IMG/VR virus record: IMGVR_UViG_3300043357_000064
Location: 1-64,000 of that record
DNA: 64,000 nucleotides
Direction: 5' to 3' (one strand)
Source of the DNA: a virus
The translations under genes were made by a program, and so were the position numbers. Shown one piece after another: positions 35,980 to 44,809 of this stretch. Position 1 is the stretch's first letter; every line of letters starts with the position of its first letter. Below the pieces are notes generated by a model. The model made no database searches. It was not told where the DNA came from and saw nothing but the letters and a program-made list of their open reading frames with translations.

Positions 35980-36372
35980 TTAGGATATTGTGCCCGTAAA
36001 TGTCGTGGTGATCGCGTCGCCAGACAGGCTCAGCGTCGCCGTGGTGCCGTAGAGCCATTGAAAGGCGAGCGTTCCCGACGATGAAGCGTTGAGCAGCCCG
36101 GCCGAGGCGATGACAACCGACAGCGTGTCATTGCCGTTCGCGGTGTGCGTCGCCGTCTCCGTGTAAGTCGATGTGCTCGTCGTGTGGGCGAAGACGCACT
36201 GCTTGCGGATGAGTCCACCGCTCGCCGTGACGATCTCGCCAGCCAGTGTCGTGTCCGTGGCGTTGCGGGTCGCGGTCGATGCCGACAGCGCCAGATAGTT
36301 CGCCGCGGCCGGTTGGGTCGCGGTGTCACCGATCGCCTTGCAGACGAGGTCCGTTCCGGCGTTGGTTCGCAT
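35980..36372 (-). CDS. Hypothetical Thr/Ser/Ala-rich structural protein
   Basis: 130-aa ORF. Confidence 0.5.
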   Translation of the reverse strand: MRTNAGTDLVCKAIGDTATQPAAANYLALSASTATRNATDTTLAGEIVTASGGLIRKQCVFAHTTSTSTYTETATHTANGNDTLSVVIASAGLLNASSSGTLAFQWLYGTTATLSLSGDAITTTFTGTIS

Positions 36373-36375
36373 CGT

Positions 36376-36687
36376 TTAGCCCTCCGACGGTTCGGGCTGG
36401 CGGAGTTCGCAGCCCCAGTGCTCGGCGAGCGCGGATGCGAGTGCCGGCCAGTCGGAGGCAACCCAGGCGGGTGTGTCGGCGTCGGAGTGGTGTCCCCAGA
36501 CGCCGGACTGGTGGGTGATGTTCGTGAGCGCCTCGACGAGCGGCATACCGTCCGGGATGCTGGCCGTGGTGCATTGCTTGCCTGGGACTGGTCGCCGGTC
36601 CTGCCCGGTGATCATCCCGTTGTCGTCTTCGATGTTGCGGACCTCGACGGCCTGCCGGTTGCCGAGATAGACCTTGCGTGCGGGCAT
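36376..36687 (-). CDS. Hypothetical protein
   Basis: ATG at 36687 with GGAAGGAGA RBS in track ORF 36376-36840. Confidence 0.5.
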   Translation of the reverse strand: MPARKVYLGNRQAVEVRNIEDDNGMITGQDRRPVPGKQCTTASIPDGMPLVEALTNITHQSGVWGHHSDADTPAWVASDWPALASALAEHWGCELRQPEPSEG

Positions 36688-36772
36688 GCCGTCTCCTTCC
36701 GGATGCTGAACAGCGGTCACGCGCCCTCGCATATGAAGCCGAGAGCGCGTGAGCTGCTGCGTGGGTTGTGGG

Positions 36773-37108
36773 CTACGGGGCGAGGAGTGTGGCGGTTCGC
36801 AGCGACGCCAGTAGGGCGTTGAGCTTCGTACGCTCCACACCGAGGTCTACGACCACTGCCGCCAGGGTCGTACGCAGGGCAACCACGTCGGCAACGGTCT
36901 TGTCGTACTCCACCTTCGTCGGCGGGTTTGTGGCCGCAGCCGCACCCGTCAGCGCGGCGGGAGCCGTTGCTGTCAGCGCGGCCTGATCGGCGACCGCCGC
37001 AGCCTGCGCCCCGAAGCCGGACGGCAGTTGGCCGGACGGCAGCAGGCCGCTCGCGTCCAGGGTGGCCAGGCCGCTCGGCTTGGCCTTGCTTGTCAGTCCC
37101 ATGGTCAA
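36773..37108 (-). CDS. Fibre-like small protein
   Basis: 111 aa. N-terminal GLATLDASGLLPSGQLP motif, as seen at phage fibre N-termini. Confidence 0.5.
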   Translation of the reverse strand: MTMGLTSKAKPSGLATLDASGLLPSGQLPSGFGAQAAAVADQAALTATAPAALTGAAAATNPPTKVEYDKTVADVVALRTTLAAVVVDLGVERTKLNALLASLRTATLLAP

Positions 37109-37368
37109 CTCTCCTTGCTGGGGGCGCGTTTCGCGGGCGCCCTACGTACGGGCTTGGCTGGCTCTCGGATGTCGACCGCTACCGGTCCATCGCCGGCGGA
37201 CTCCTCCGGCTCGGGAGCGGAGGACTCCGGACGTGCTGACGTTGCCGCCAGGTCTGTCCGGAGTCCTCTCAACTCGTCGATGACCAGTTCCAGGAGTTCG
37301 TCCGTCGTGGTGATCGGGTGCGGCCCGTGACGGCCGGCCACGTCAGGACAGCGTCGAGTTCGACGCAA
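37105..37368 (-). CDS. Hypothetical protein (start uncertain)
   Basis: 87-aa track ORF overlaps the capsid gene end. A GTG near 37341 would remove the overlap. Confidence 0.35.
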   Translation of the reverse strand: MRRTRRCPDVAGRHGPHPITTTDELLELVIDELRGLRTDLAATSARPESSAPEPEESAGDGPVAVDIREPAKPVRRAPAKRAPSKES

Positions 37369-38545
37369 CGGCGCTCTTGGGGTCCATGAGCACGCCGCCG
37401 AGGACGTGGCGGACCCGGTAGCGGATGCCGTCGGTGGCGAAGTCGCCGTCCTCCGGGCCGACCATGCCGCCGCCGACGCGCATGGCGTCGGGAGCCTTCA
37501 TCCACAGGTCCGGCACCTCGTGACCCGTCAGGAAGCCCATCTCCATCGCCGGGCGGCCCTCGTTCGGGTTCGCGACGAGATACCACGACTGGTTGCCGTG
37601 GGTGGTGTCGATGATCGGCAGCCACGGGTTGACGACGACGGTGACCTTGTTCTGCATCCAGTTCGCGACACGCAGGACATCGTTTCCGGTCAGGTCGCCA
37701 CCACCGGTCGCACCGATGATCTCGGTCGCGTTGATGATGTTGTTCGCGGTGACCTCGAGCGCGGGCGGAACCACGAGGGTGACGCCGTTGATGTAGATCG
37801 GGCCGCCGTCGGAGTCGACCTGCGCCGCGAGGACCGTGAACGCCGTCTGCAGGCCGGACACCGACAGAGCCGGGTTCGCGGTGACGATGTTCTTGTTCCC
37901 CGAGGAGAAGAACGTCGCGTTCGGACCGGTCGAAGAGGCGAACAGTGCCGTGGCGAAGTTCTCCTCCGTGCGGCGGGCGGCGAGCGCAAGTGCGTTCGGA
38001 AGTTCGGCGAACGCGTCGAGGTCGTCGTTAATGACCGACTCCCACGAGATGTCGATCTCGGCGCCGTACTTCGTCAGCGAGTACTCGTACTTGCCGTCGG
38101 CGACCGCTCGCGCCGTGTACGGGGCGAGTTCCTTGACCGCAGACAGGAGTGCCTTGCCGCCGTCGAGGGTGAACCGGCGGACGAGACGGAAGTCCCGGAC
38201 CCGGCCGCGCTTCGCCCACGCATCCCAGCGGATCGGCATCGTGCTGTACGCGGCGAGCATCTGCCGGTCGATGACGTCGGCGAAGATGTAGGAGAAGTCC
38301 GACCGGGACAGATTCTCCTGGAAGTCGAGCGCGGCCCGCCGGTTACCCGTCAGGACGTTCTCGTACATCCGCATGACCCGCAGGACGTCCGCCCGGTGCT
38401 GCGGGCTTTCGTTGCTGCGGCCACCGACGCGCCGGCCTTCACCGGCGAAGATGTTGGTGGTAGCGGCGGCATCAGTGCCCGCCTCGTACGAGGCGATCCG
38501 GCTGAGACCGGAACCCACGGCGGGAGCCATTGTGGTAACAGACAT
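37343..38545 (-). CDS. Major capsid protein (HK97-fold type)
   Basis: 400 aa. Position after the scaffold/protease and DUF2190 genes. Confidence 0.8.
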   Translation of the reverse strand: MSVTTMAPAVGSGLSRIASYEAGTDAAATTNIFAGEGRRVGGRSNESPQHRADVLRVMRMYENVLTGNRRAALDFQENLSRSDFSYIFADVIDRQMLAAYSTMPIRWDAWAKRGRVRDFRLVRRFTLDGGKALLSAVKELAPYTARAVADGKYEYSLTKYGAEIDISWESVINDDLDAFAELPNALALAARRTEENFATALFASSTGPNATFFSSGNKNIVTANPALSVSGLQTAFTVLAAQVDSDGGPIYINGVTLVVPPALEVTANNIINATEIIGATGGGDLTGNDVLRVANWMQNKVTVVVNPWLPIIDTTHGNQSWYLVANPNEGRPAMEMGFLTGHEVPDLWMKAPDAMRVGGGMVGPEDGDFATDGIRYRVRHVLGGVLMDPKSAVASNSTLS

Positions 38546-38895
38546 CAGCGAGTCACCTCGACCTTGATTGTGGCGGTGGCGCCGCTGGAGACGTTCTCCA
38601 ACGCGATGCCGAACAGGACGCCCGATGTCGTGACCGACAGCTTCGGGGTGTCGCCGGTGACGTAGTAGATCTTGTCTCCGGCGGTGATCGCGGCGTTGGA
38701 GCCGCTGGTGCCCTTGACGGACAGCTTGAAGACGCCGTCCAGCGCCACCGTCGTGTTACCGGCCGCATCCTCGGTCGTCAGGGCGACGCCCGGAAGCTGA
38801 CCGAACAGAACCGGATCTCCGGTAGCCGGCACGGCCGGGTCGGTGCAGGCGAGTGGACGCGTCTTCGTCCACTTGTAGACCATGTTCGCAGCCAT
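38545..38895 (-). CDS. DUF2190-type head decoration/cement protein
   Basis: 116 aa. GDPVLFGQLPGVALT...DGVFKLSV...AGDKIYY...GIAL pattern. Confidence 0.6.
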   Translation of the reverse strand: MAANMVYKWTKTRPLACTDPAVPATGDPVLFGQLPGVALTTEDAAGNTTVALDGVFKLSVKGTSGSNAAITAGDKIYYVTGDTPKLSVTTSGVLFGIALENVSSGATATIKVEVTR

Positions 38896-40733
38896 CAGTA
38901 CCGCCCTCCCGCCGCGATCTTCGCGGCTGCATCGCTGTGCCCGAGACGCTTGAAGCTCTCGGCCATCGCGGTTTCGAATGCGTTCTTGTCGGCCTCGCTG
39001 GCACCGAACTCCGTGCTCGTGCCAGACCCGAGTCCGGACACCGAACCGGCACCAGCGGCCTGGCGGGCTTCGGCGAGGACGGTTTCCATCTCGGTGATCG
39101 CCGTCGCCGTCGCGGCCCGGAACGCCGTCTCGTCGAGGACGTTCGCCTCCGTCAGCGGCACCGATGCCGTGACCTGGGCCATGACGCGCGACTGTGCGAC
39201 CGGCGTGGTGACCTGGGATTCGGCCAGCAGGGCGGTGACGATCGGGCGTGCGGCTTCGACGGCGCGGAATCGGGCGAGTTCGGTTTCGGCGACGAGCCGC
39301 TGCCGGTTGGATTCGTCGAGCGCAAGTTCGGCCGCTCGCCGTCCGTTCTGTGCTTCGGTGACGGCTGTCGACACTGCCGCGTCGCTCGTCCCCGCCGCGT
39401 CCGGCGTGGTGCCGGTGTTCTGAGGTCCGGTCATCCCGGTCCCCTCCTCTACGGTTTGGGTTGAAACGGTCGGCGGGGTGCCGTCCGCTACATCTGTGGT
39501 GGTGGCCGCCCGGCCGGCGGATTCGCCGATGCCGAAGTCCTTGGCCGACGCGGCGATTCGGTCCTTGACCTTCTTCAGGTCCGCGGCCGAGTACAGGGCG
39601 GCGTTGTCGGACTGGCCGAGGTATGAGAGCGCAGCCTTGACGTGGGCAGCTGAATCGATGGGATACCTGGCTTTTTTGTCGTCCTGATATCCGGGATCGG
39701 CGTACTTCACATCGCCGTACGGCTTCTTGGCGTCGCCGCCGTCCGCCTCGGCGACGATCGCCGCATCGGCCGCTGCGTCCTCCGGGTCATCCGGCGGCGC
39801 TGGGCTGTAGACCGTCCGGGCAATGACCTCGGTCCGGGCGCCGGTCAGGGTTACGGAAAGGTCGGCGTCGACCGTGTACGACTGCTGCCACGTGTCGGTG
39901 TCGGTGGTGTCGCGCATGTCGAACCACACGACCTGCTGGTCGGGGTCGTAGTCGCGGACCCACAGGCAGCCGTTGACGGCTTGGTCGCCGTAGGCGTCAC
40001 TGACGGCGTCGTTCAACGCCCGGAACATGTCGGCGGTCGCGGCCTCGTGGATTCGGCGGAACCGCGACAGCGGCATTCCGAGCGCCTCGGAGATGGCAGG
40101 GTTCAGCCGTGCGGCCTCGGCCAGCGACATGATCTTTCCGCCCGCTCCGGCGCGGGTGACGAAGTCGACGGAGGAGCCGTACGTCAGGGACTCGATGATC
40201 GGGCCGGTGCGTCCGGCGATAGTGCCGGTCTCCGCCGTGCCGCCGCCGCGAATGGACAGGCCGATCGCGCTGCCGATGGACTCGATCAGCGGCTGGGCGT
40301 GCGGGAAGACTTCGATGGTGGCGTAGAGTCCGTCACCTTCGTAGGCGGGCGTGGTGACCACTGTCCCGGCGAGGTCGCGGACGTCGCGCTCGGGGCGCTC
40401 GGCTTCCTCTGTGTCGGTCGGGTGATTTAGGTACATTTGGGTACCTGCGGGCCATACCTTCGGCCCGTCGCGTTCAATGACCTTCTTCGGCCAGTACCCG
40501 CTCGTGCCCCATCGATCGCCCTCGATTAGTCGAGCCTTGTAGCGTCGGCCACCCGACGACGTCATGCCGCCAGTGCTCGCCTCGGAGATCGTGATCCGAG
40601 TCGCCGTCGACGGTCCGGTGGTGACATCGACGTCTTCGCGCTCGGCGACCGCCGTGGCGGACTCGCGCAGCAGTACAGTCCTGGCGCGACTGTTGAGCCG
40701 GTCCGGCGCCCGAAGGTGTGGTCGGTTGGACAT
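38895..40733 (-). CDS. Capsid maturation protease/scaffolding fusion candidate
   Basis: 612 aa. Central YGDVKYADPGYQDDKKARYPIDSAAHVKAALSY motif common in actinophage scaffold proteins. Ala-rich helical C-terminus. Confidence 0.5.
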   Translation of the reverse strand: MSNRPHLRAPDRLNSRARTVLLRESATAVAEREDVDVTTGPSTATRITISEASTGGMTSSGGRRYKARLIEGDRWGTSGYWPKKVIERDGPKVWPAGTQMYLNHPTDTEEAERPERDVRDLAGTVVTTPAYEGDGLYATIEVFPHAQPLIESIGSAIGLSIRGGGTAETGTIAGRTGPIIESLTYGSSVDFVTRAGAGGKIMSLAEAARLNPAISEALGMPLSRFRRIHEAATADMFRALNDAVSDAYGDQAVNGCLWVRDYDPDQQVVWFDMRDTTDTDTWQQSYTVDADLSVTLTGARTEVIARTVYSPAPPDDPEDAAADAAIVAEADGGDAKKPYGDVKYADPGYQDDKKARYPIDSAAHVKAALSYLGQSDNAALYSAADLKKVKDRIAASAKDFGIGESAGRAATTTDVADGTPPTVSTQTVEEGTGMTGPQNTGTTPDAAGTSDAAVSTAVTEAQNGRRAAELALDESNRQRLVAETELARFRAVEAARPIVTALLAESQVTTPVAQSRVMAQVTASVPLTEANVLDETAFRAATATAITEMETVLAEARQAAGAGSVSGLGSGTSTEFGASEADKNAFETAMAESFKRLGHSDAAAKIAAGGRY

Positions 40734-40763
40734 CCTGACCTCCTTCTTTTGGGCATGCGAAAA

Positions 40764-40787
40764 GCCCCGACCGGATGTGGTCGGGGC
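40764..40787 (-). terminator. Rho-independent terminator after the (original) HNH gene
   Basis: Minus strand gccccgacc-acatcc-ggtcggggc followed by TTTTCG. Confidence 0.65.
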
Positions 40788-40808
40788 TTCGTGAGGTGGG
40801 CTGTGAAG

Positions 40809-40864
40809 TTAGAAGAGCAGCGGTTGGTAGGTCGGCGCGGCGCGGATTCCCTTGCGGCTATTAC
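40809..40864 (-). pseudogene. Displaced 3' end of the HNH endonuclease gene
   Basis: Reads (C)NSRKGIRAAPTYQPLLF* and joins in frame to 42547 to restore ...NIVPACRSCNSRKG. Confidence 0.7.
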
Positions 40865-41000
40865 TTAACGGCTCCCCACGGATAAATCCGGGGGATTCCC
40901 AGCTCAGACCGCACCCGATCCACCGCCCCGGAGGGAGGCAATCGAATGTCTGATGTCGTCAGCACTGGCACGGTTACGCTCAGCCGTGGCGAGGATCGTC
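40865..41000 (-). ncRNA. Predicted omega/reRNA scaffold of TnpB (extent approximate)
   Basis: By analogy with characterised TnpB systems: overlaps the tnpB 3' end and RE. Not directly demonstrable from sequence. Confidence 0.35.
40874..40894 (-). repeat. RE subterminal hairpin
   Basis: ccccacgga-taaa-tccggggg (plus strand), 9 nt from the element end. Confidence 0.65.
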
Positions 41001-42046
41001 CTCGCGGCGTTCAGGTCTCGACCGGCGGTATACCCGCAGTCGTCGCACCTGAAAGTCCGTACACCCAACCCGAGACGCGACTTGGTTCTCGCCGCACACT
41101 CGGAGCAGGTCATCGTGGTGTAGGCGGGCGGAACCAGCACCACCGTTCGGCCCGCCCGCGTGCCACGTTCGATCAATTCCCGTTTCGCTGCACCGATCGC
41201 CGCGTCGGCAGCCTTGCGTGCCATGGTGGATTTGGCAAGGAACTTCGGCTTGAAGTCCTCGATAGCGATCAACTCATGGTTGTCGACGATGCCTTTGGCC
41301 CACTGTCGCGATGCGTGAGTGTTCTGGCGCGCGGCTTTCTTGTGCAGCTTCGCGGCCGTGCGCTTCGCGTCCCGGTAGCCGTTCGACTGTGCTTGACCTC
41401 TCGGCCTACGTCGGCGGGCCATCTTCCGCTGCGCCTTGGCAAGTTCGGCGGCACACCGCTTCCGATAGCCAAGGTGCGGCAGGTCGTAGGCCGGGTCGGT
41501 GGTCGTGGCGGTCGTGGTGACGCCCCAGTCGATACCGATGGAACCATCGGTATCGGGCGCTGTCGTCGATTCGCGGCGGACCACGAACGACGCGTACCAG
41601 TCGCCGAGCGAGTCCTGGTAGATACGAACACTGGTCGGGATCGACGGCAGCTCGCGCGACCATACGACTGGAATGCTCAGACCGCCCGCGAGGCGCAGCC
41701 GGCCGTCACGCACAGCGAAACCCCGAACCGTGTATTCAAGACTCGGCAGCGTCTTCTTGCGCGCCTTGATGGCGGGCCGTCCGCGACCTTTGACCTTGAA
41801 CGAGTGGTTCAGCGCGAGCGCATAGTTGCGCAGCGTCTGCTGTTGGGCGACCTGCGAGCCGTCGCGCAGCCATGTGAATTGGGCTCGGGCCGCAGTGAGG
41901 AGTTTCGACAGGCTGCACAGGGTGGGCTTGTTGCCGATTTTCTGCTGGTGGACGGCCTCGTTCCAGAGGAACCGGCAGCGTCCCCACTCGGCGACCAGCG
42001 CGGCAACCGCCGTCGCGCCTGGGCGCAGACGGTAGGTGTACCGCAT
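40904..42046 (-). CDS. tnpB: TnpB RNA-guided endonuclease (IS200/IS605 OrfB)
   Basis: MRYTYRLRPG start. RuvC motifs IGIDWGV, IAIEDFK, GRDLNAARTI. Zn finger CSECAA...CDDCGY. Confidence 0.9.
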   Translation of the reverse strand: MRYTYRLRPGATAVAALVAEWGRCRFLWNEAVHQQKIGNKPTLCSLSKLLTAARAQFTWLRDGSQVAQQQTLRNYALALNHSFKVKGRGRPAIKARKKTLPSLEYTVRGFAVRDGRLRLAGGLSIPVVWSRELPSIPTSVRIYQDSLGDWYASFVVRRESTTAPDTDGSIGIDWGVTTTATTTDPAYDLPHLGYRKRCAAELAKAQRKMARRRRPRGQAQSNGYRDAKRTAAKLHKKAARQNTHASRQWAKGIVDNHELIAIEDFKPKFLAKSTMARKAADAAIGAAKRELIERGTRAGRTVVLVPPAYTTMTCSECAARTKSRLGLGVRTFRCDDCGYTAGRDLNAARTILATAERNRASADDIRHSIASLRGGGSGAV

Positions 42047-42096
42047 GGTTTCTTCCACATCGTCAACTATACAGCACTGCGCCATATACTGTTGCC

Positions 42097-42492
42097 ATGG
42101 ACGAGGTCAGATCGAACAACAACGTCGTATACCGCTGCAGCTATCACGTCGTGTGGTGCCCCAAATACAGGCGGAAGGTCATCACGGGAGTGGTTGACGA
42201 AAGACTCAAGGAGATCATCCGCGCGGTCTGCGCCGAACGTGACGCGCCCATCGTGGCGATCGAGACGATGCCCGACCACGTACATCTGCTCGTGGTGTGC
42301 GATCCCCAATTCGGCATCCACCGTCTCGTCAAACAGATCAAGGGCCGCTCGTCACGACTGTTGCGGGATGAGTTTCCGCACCTTAAATCCCGGCTTCCAA
42401 CGCTATGGACCAACTCATATTTCGTCGCCACAACGGGTGGCGCAACATTGGAGGTCATCAAACGCTATGTGGAAAACCAGCGAAACGCTTAG
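42097..42492 (+). CDS. tnpA: IS200/IS605 Y1 (HUH) transposase TnpA
   Basis: 131 aa. YHVVWCPKYRRKV, MPDHVHLLV (HUH), SYFVATTGG (catalytic Tyr region). Confidence 0.9.
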   Translation: MDEVRSNNNVVYRCSYHVVWCPKYRRKVITGVVDERLKEIIRAVCAERDAPIVAIETMPDHVHLLVVCDPQFGIHRLVKQIKGRSSRLLRDEFPHLKSRLPTLWTNSYFVATTGGATLEVIKRYVENQRNA

Positions 42493-43639
42493 AGCACACC
42501 CTTACCTCCCCACGGCTAAAGCCGGGGGTTTCTCGGGAGTCTCTCGATGATCTGCAAGCTGGGACAATGTTGGAAGCGGTATGCGGTCCGCCTCTGAACA
42601 GTGGAATCACGTGGTCCATAGTCAGCGGTCGGCGGCGCTTGCAGTACGCGCAGAGGAAGCGGTATGCGGCTTTGATCTCGTACCACTGACGCGCGGTCAG
42701 ATCGTTTACCGGTGATCTTGCTTTGCGGAACCGACGCGTTTGACCATGAAGATGCATGCAACTGCGACACACGCGGCGCCCTGGACCGCCGAGTGTGTTC
42801 TTTTTGTCGTAAGGGTGCCCCGATGGGCATGAAGTCTTCCTCGCGTTCAACGCGAACGGAGTTGTGCCAGCAAGCGCAATTTCTCGGCGGCTTGCAATCT
42901 TGAAGTGTGATTCGAAGTTCACGCACAAGGGGCGTCCGCAGAGCCGAATCGGATGAAAACCGGCCGTGACAGGTTCTACGAAATGGTTGTAGGCCCACAG
43001 TCCGGCATGGTTCGAACCCGAACCGACGCGCATCACGGGGTAACCATCAGCGCCGGTTAAACCCGTCCAAAGCCAGCAACGACCGATGTCGGGCTGTGTA
43101 GCCGAGGTCGGACCGTCTTTGTCGACATACGACCAGAAACGGGCTTCATCGTTGCCGACAATCCGGCTTGTGGCTAGCGGATCGCCGTGGCGTCGCCAGC
43201 GGCGGTAGTGGATGTAGCACCAGCCATGGCCAGCGTTTCCACGCTTCTCGCATTCCGGAGCGATGCACTCACCAGCGGCCGGGCGGCGACCTTTCAATGG
43301 ATCACCGCTTCGATGCCAGCGGCTCCAGTGGAGCGAGCAGTAACCATGACCAACGGCAGGGTTCTGGCAATCGTTGATGCTACAGATTGAGCGTTCCTTC
43401 TTGACCAGCTCCAGCAGCGGATCGCCCGTCTTCTTCCACCGGCTGTAGTGCAGGCTGCACCAGCCACGTGCTAGGTGTCGACCGCCGCAGCCAACTATCG
43501 AGCAGATCCCAGGCTTGGCGCTTCGACTCGGCGCAAGTGGGTCGCCATAGAGGCGCCAGCGATTGTAGTGCGCGCCACACCAACCCCGAGATAGCAGCTT
43601 GGTCGTACAACCGTCGATTGAGCAGATACGCTCTGACAT
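42458..43639 (-). CDS. HNH endonuclease with four N-terminal Cys/His repeat modules; native C-terminus replaced by 29 IS-derived codons
   Basis: Repeats C-x2-C-x(8-10)-G-x-C-x2-H-(Y/W)-x-R-W-x4-GDP, four times. HNH core TMDHVIPLFRGGPHTASNIVPACRS, then reading enters the IS at 42546. Confidence 0.75.
   Translation of the reverse strand: MSERICSIDGCTTKLLSRGWCGAHYNRWRLYGDPLAPSRSAKPGICSIVGCGGRHLARGWCSLHYSRWKKTGDPLLELVKKERSICSINDCQNPAVGHGYCSLHWSRWHRSGDPLKGRRPAAGECIAPECEKRGNAGHGWCYIHYRRWRRHGDPLATSRIVGNDEARFWSYVDKDGPTSATQPDIGRCWLWTGLTGADGYPVMRVGSGSNHAGLWAYNHFVEPVTAGFHPIRLCGRPLCVNFESHFKIASRREIALAGTTPFALNARKTSCPSGHPYDKKNTLGGPGRRVCRSCMHLHGQTRRFRKARSPVNDLTARQWYEIKAAYRFLCAYCKRRRPLTMDHVIPLFRGGPHTASNIVPACRSSRDSRETPGFSRGEVRVCSKRFAGFPHSV
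42508..42528 (-). repeat. LE subterminal hairpin
   Basis: ccccacggc-taaa-gccggggg (plus strand), 18 nt from the element end. Confidence 0.65.
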
Positions 43640-43727
43640 GTCGGTCCTTCGAGAGAGGATTGGCCATGCCTCGGGGCCGTTGACGCGGTCGCCGAGGTCT
43701 ATTCATTATCGCAGATGAGAGCCGGTT

Positions 43728-44807
43728 TCACCCATTCGCCTTGGCTTTCGCCACGTTACGGAGATCCGCCAGTGAGCGCGGCGCGTACGACTGGCGCCAG
43801 TTGGGATTCGGTCGCAGTTGCGGAATGTCATCCCACGAGATCGCCGAGGACTTGAGCAGGTCGAGTCGGCCAGCGCCAAGGATCTGCCTCTGCGTCTCGG
43901 CCGGTTGTTCGGCGAACCAAGCGCGGGCGTCGGGGATTGTGGATGCCGGTTCGGGGATATCGATGCCGAGATCGGCCCACGATCTGGTGAGCGGCATGCG
44001 CGTACAGCGACCTTGTTGATGGTCATCCGGTCCACTGGCCGACAGCGGGAACTCTCGGCCATTCATTGCCAGGCATGAGGAACATGTCCGAGGACTCAAA
44101 GTGCAGAGCCACAGCCAGCCCCGAAGGACATCGGCATTCGATTGATGCGCATACATTGAGGTTTCGCGATAGGCCCCAATTATCTCTGTGCGAGCCACGT
44201 TGACCGCCCGATCGAGACCGCCATTGAACCCGTTCTCCAGCCCGGTCAGCATCTGCGCACCCGCTTGCCGCGGCCCGGTCCCAAGCACCACGCCGCGAAC
44301 CAACTCCCGGTTCATGGCGTCGACCGCGTCAGCCGACAGCGGCTTCAGCGTCGAGGTGATCTGCTGCGACGTGCGGGCGACGATCACGTCCAGCGCCGAC
44401 GGCGGGATGTTGGCCGCGTACCGGAGTGCCGCCTCTTCGCGCATCGCCGCCGGTAGTTGTGAGGCGATCAGGAACGGCTCGGCAGCGACCGTCGCCTTCA
44501 CGGCCAGCCCGGCGGCGTCGGTGATAGTCACGCCGGCGCGGGTGCCGAGGTTGACGAGCGCCGACTGTGCGTTGAGCAGGGCCTGCGTCAGGCGCGGAAT
44601 ACGGCGGAGTTCGTATGCAGACGGCCAGCGGCCGAGTTGCCCGCCGAGAGTCAGCGCGGCGAGGACTGCCGCCTCCATGTCGGCAGACAGCAGATCCCAC
44701 GCTTTGACCCATGCCGCGGCCAGTTTCCGTGTGGCGTTGTCGGCCTCACGACCTACAGCGGCACGCAACTGCCGGCCGAGTAGGAGTGTGCCGCTGCGGA
44801 TGGCCAC
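43728..44807 (-). CDS. Head morphogenesis protein (SPP1 gp7 / Mu F family)
   Basis: 359 aa. NVARTEIIGAYRE...CTLSPRTCSSCLAMNGREF. Confidence 0.75.
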   Translation of the reverse strand: MAIRSGTLLLGRQLRAAVGREADNATRKLAAAWVKAWDLLSADMEAAVLAALTLGGQLGRWPSAYELRRIPRLTQALLNAQSALVNLGTRAGVTITDAAGLAVKATVAAEPFLIASQLPAAMREEAALRYAANIPPSALDVIVARTSQQITSTLKPLSADAVDAMNRELVRGVVLGTGPRQAGAQMLTGLENGFNGGLDRAVNVARTEIIGAYRETSMYAHQSNADVLRGWLWLCTLSPRTCSSCLAMNGREFPLSASGPDDHQQGRCTRMPLTRSWADLGIDIPEPASTIPDARAWFAEQPAETQRQILGAGRLDLLKSSAISWDDIPQLRPNPNWRQSYAPRSLADLRNVAKAKANG

Positions 44808-44809
44808 GG

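Larger units (their letters stand above)
40865..42546 (-). mobile_element. Complete IS200/IS605-family insertion sequence (divergent tnpA and tnpB)
   Basis: Boundaries inferred from the in-frame rejoining of the HNH gene. Subterminal hairpins lie 18 nt inside one end and 9 nt inside the other. Confidence 0.8.
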
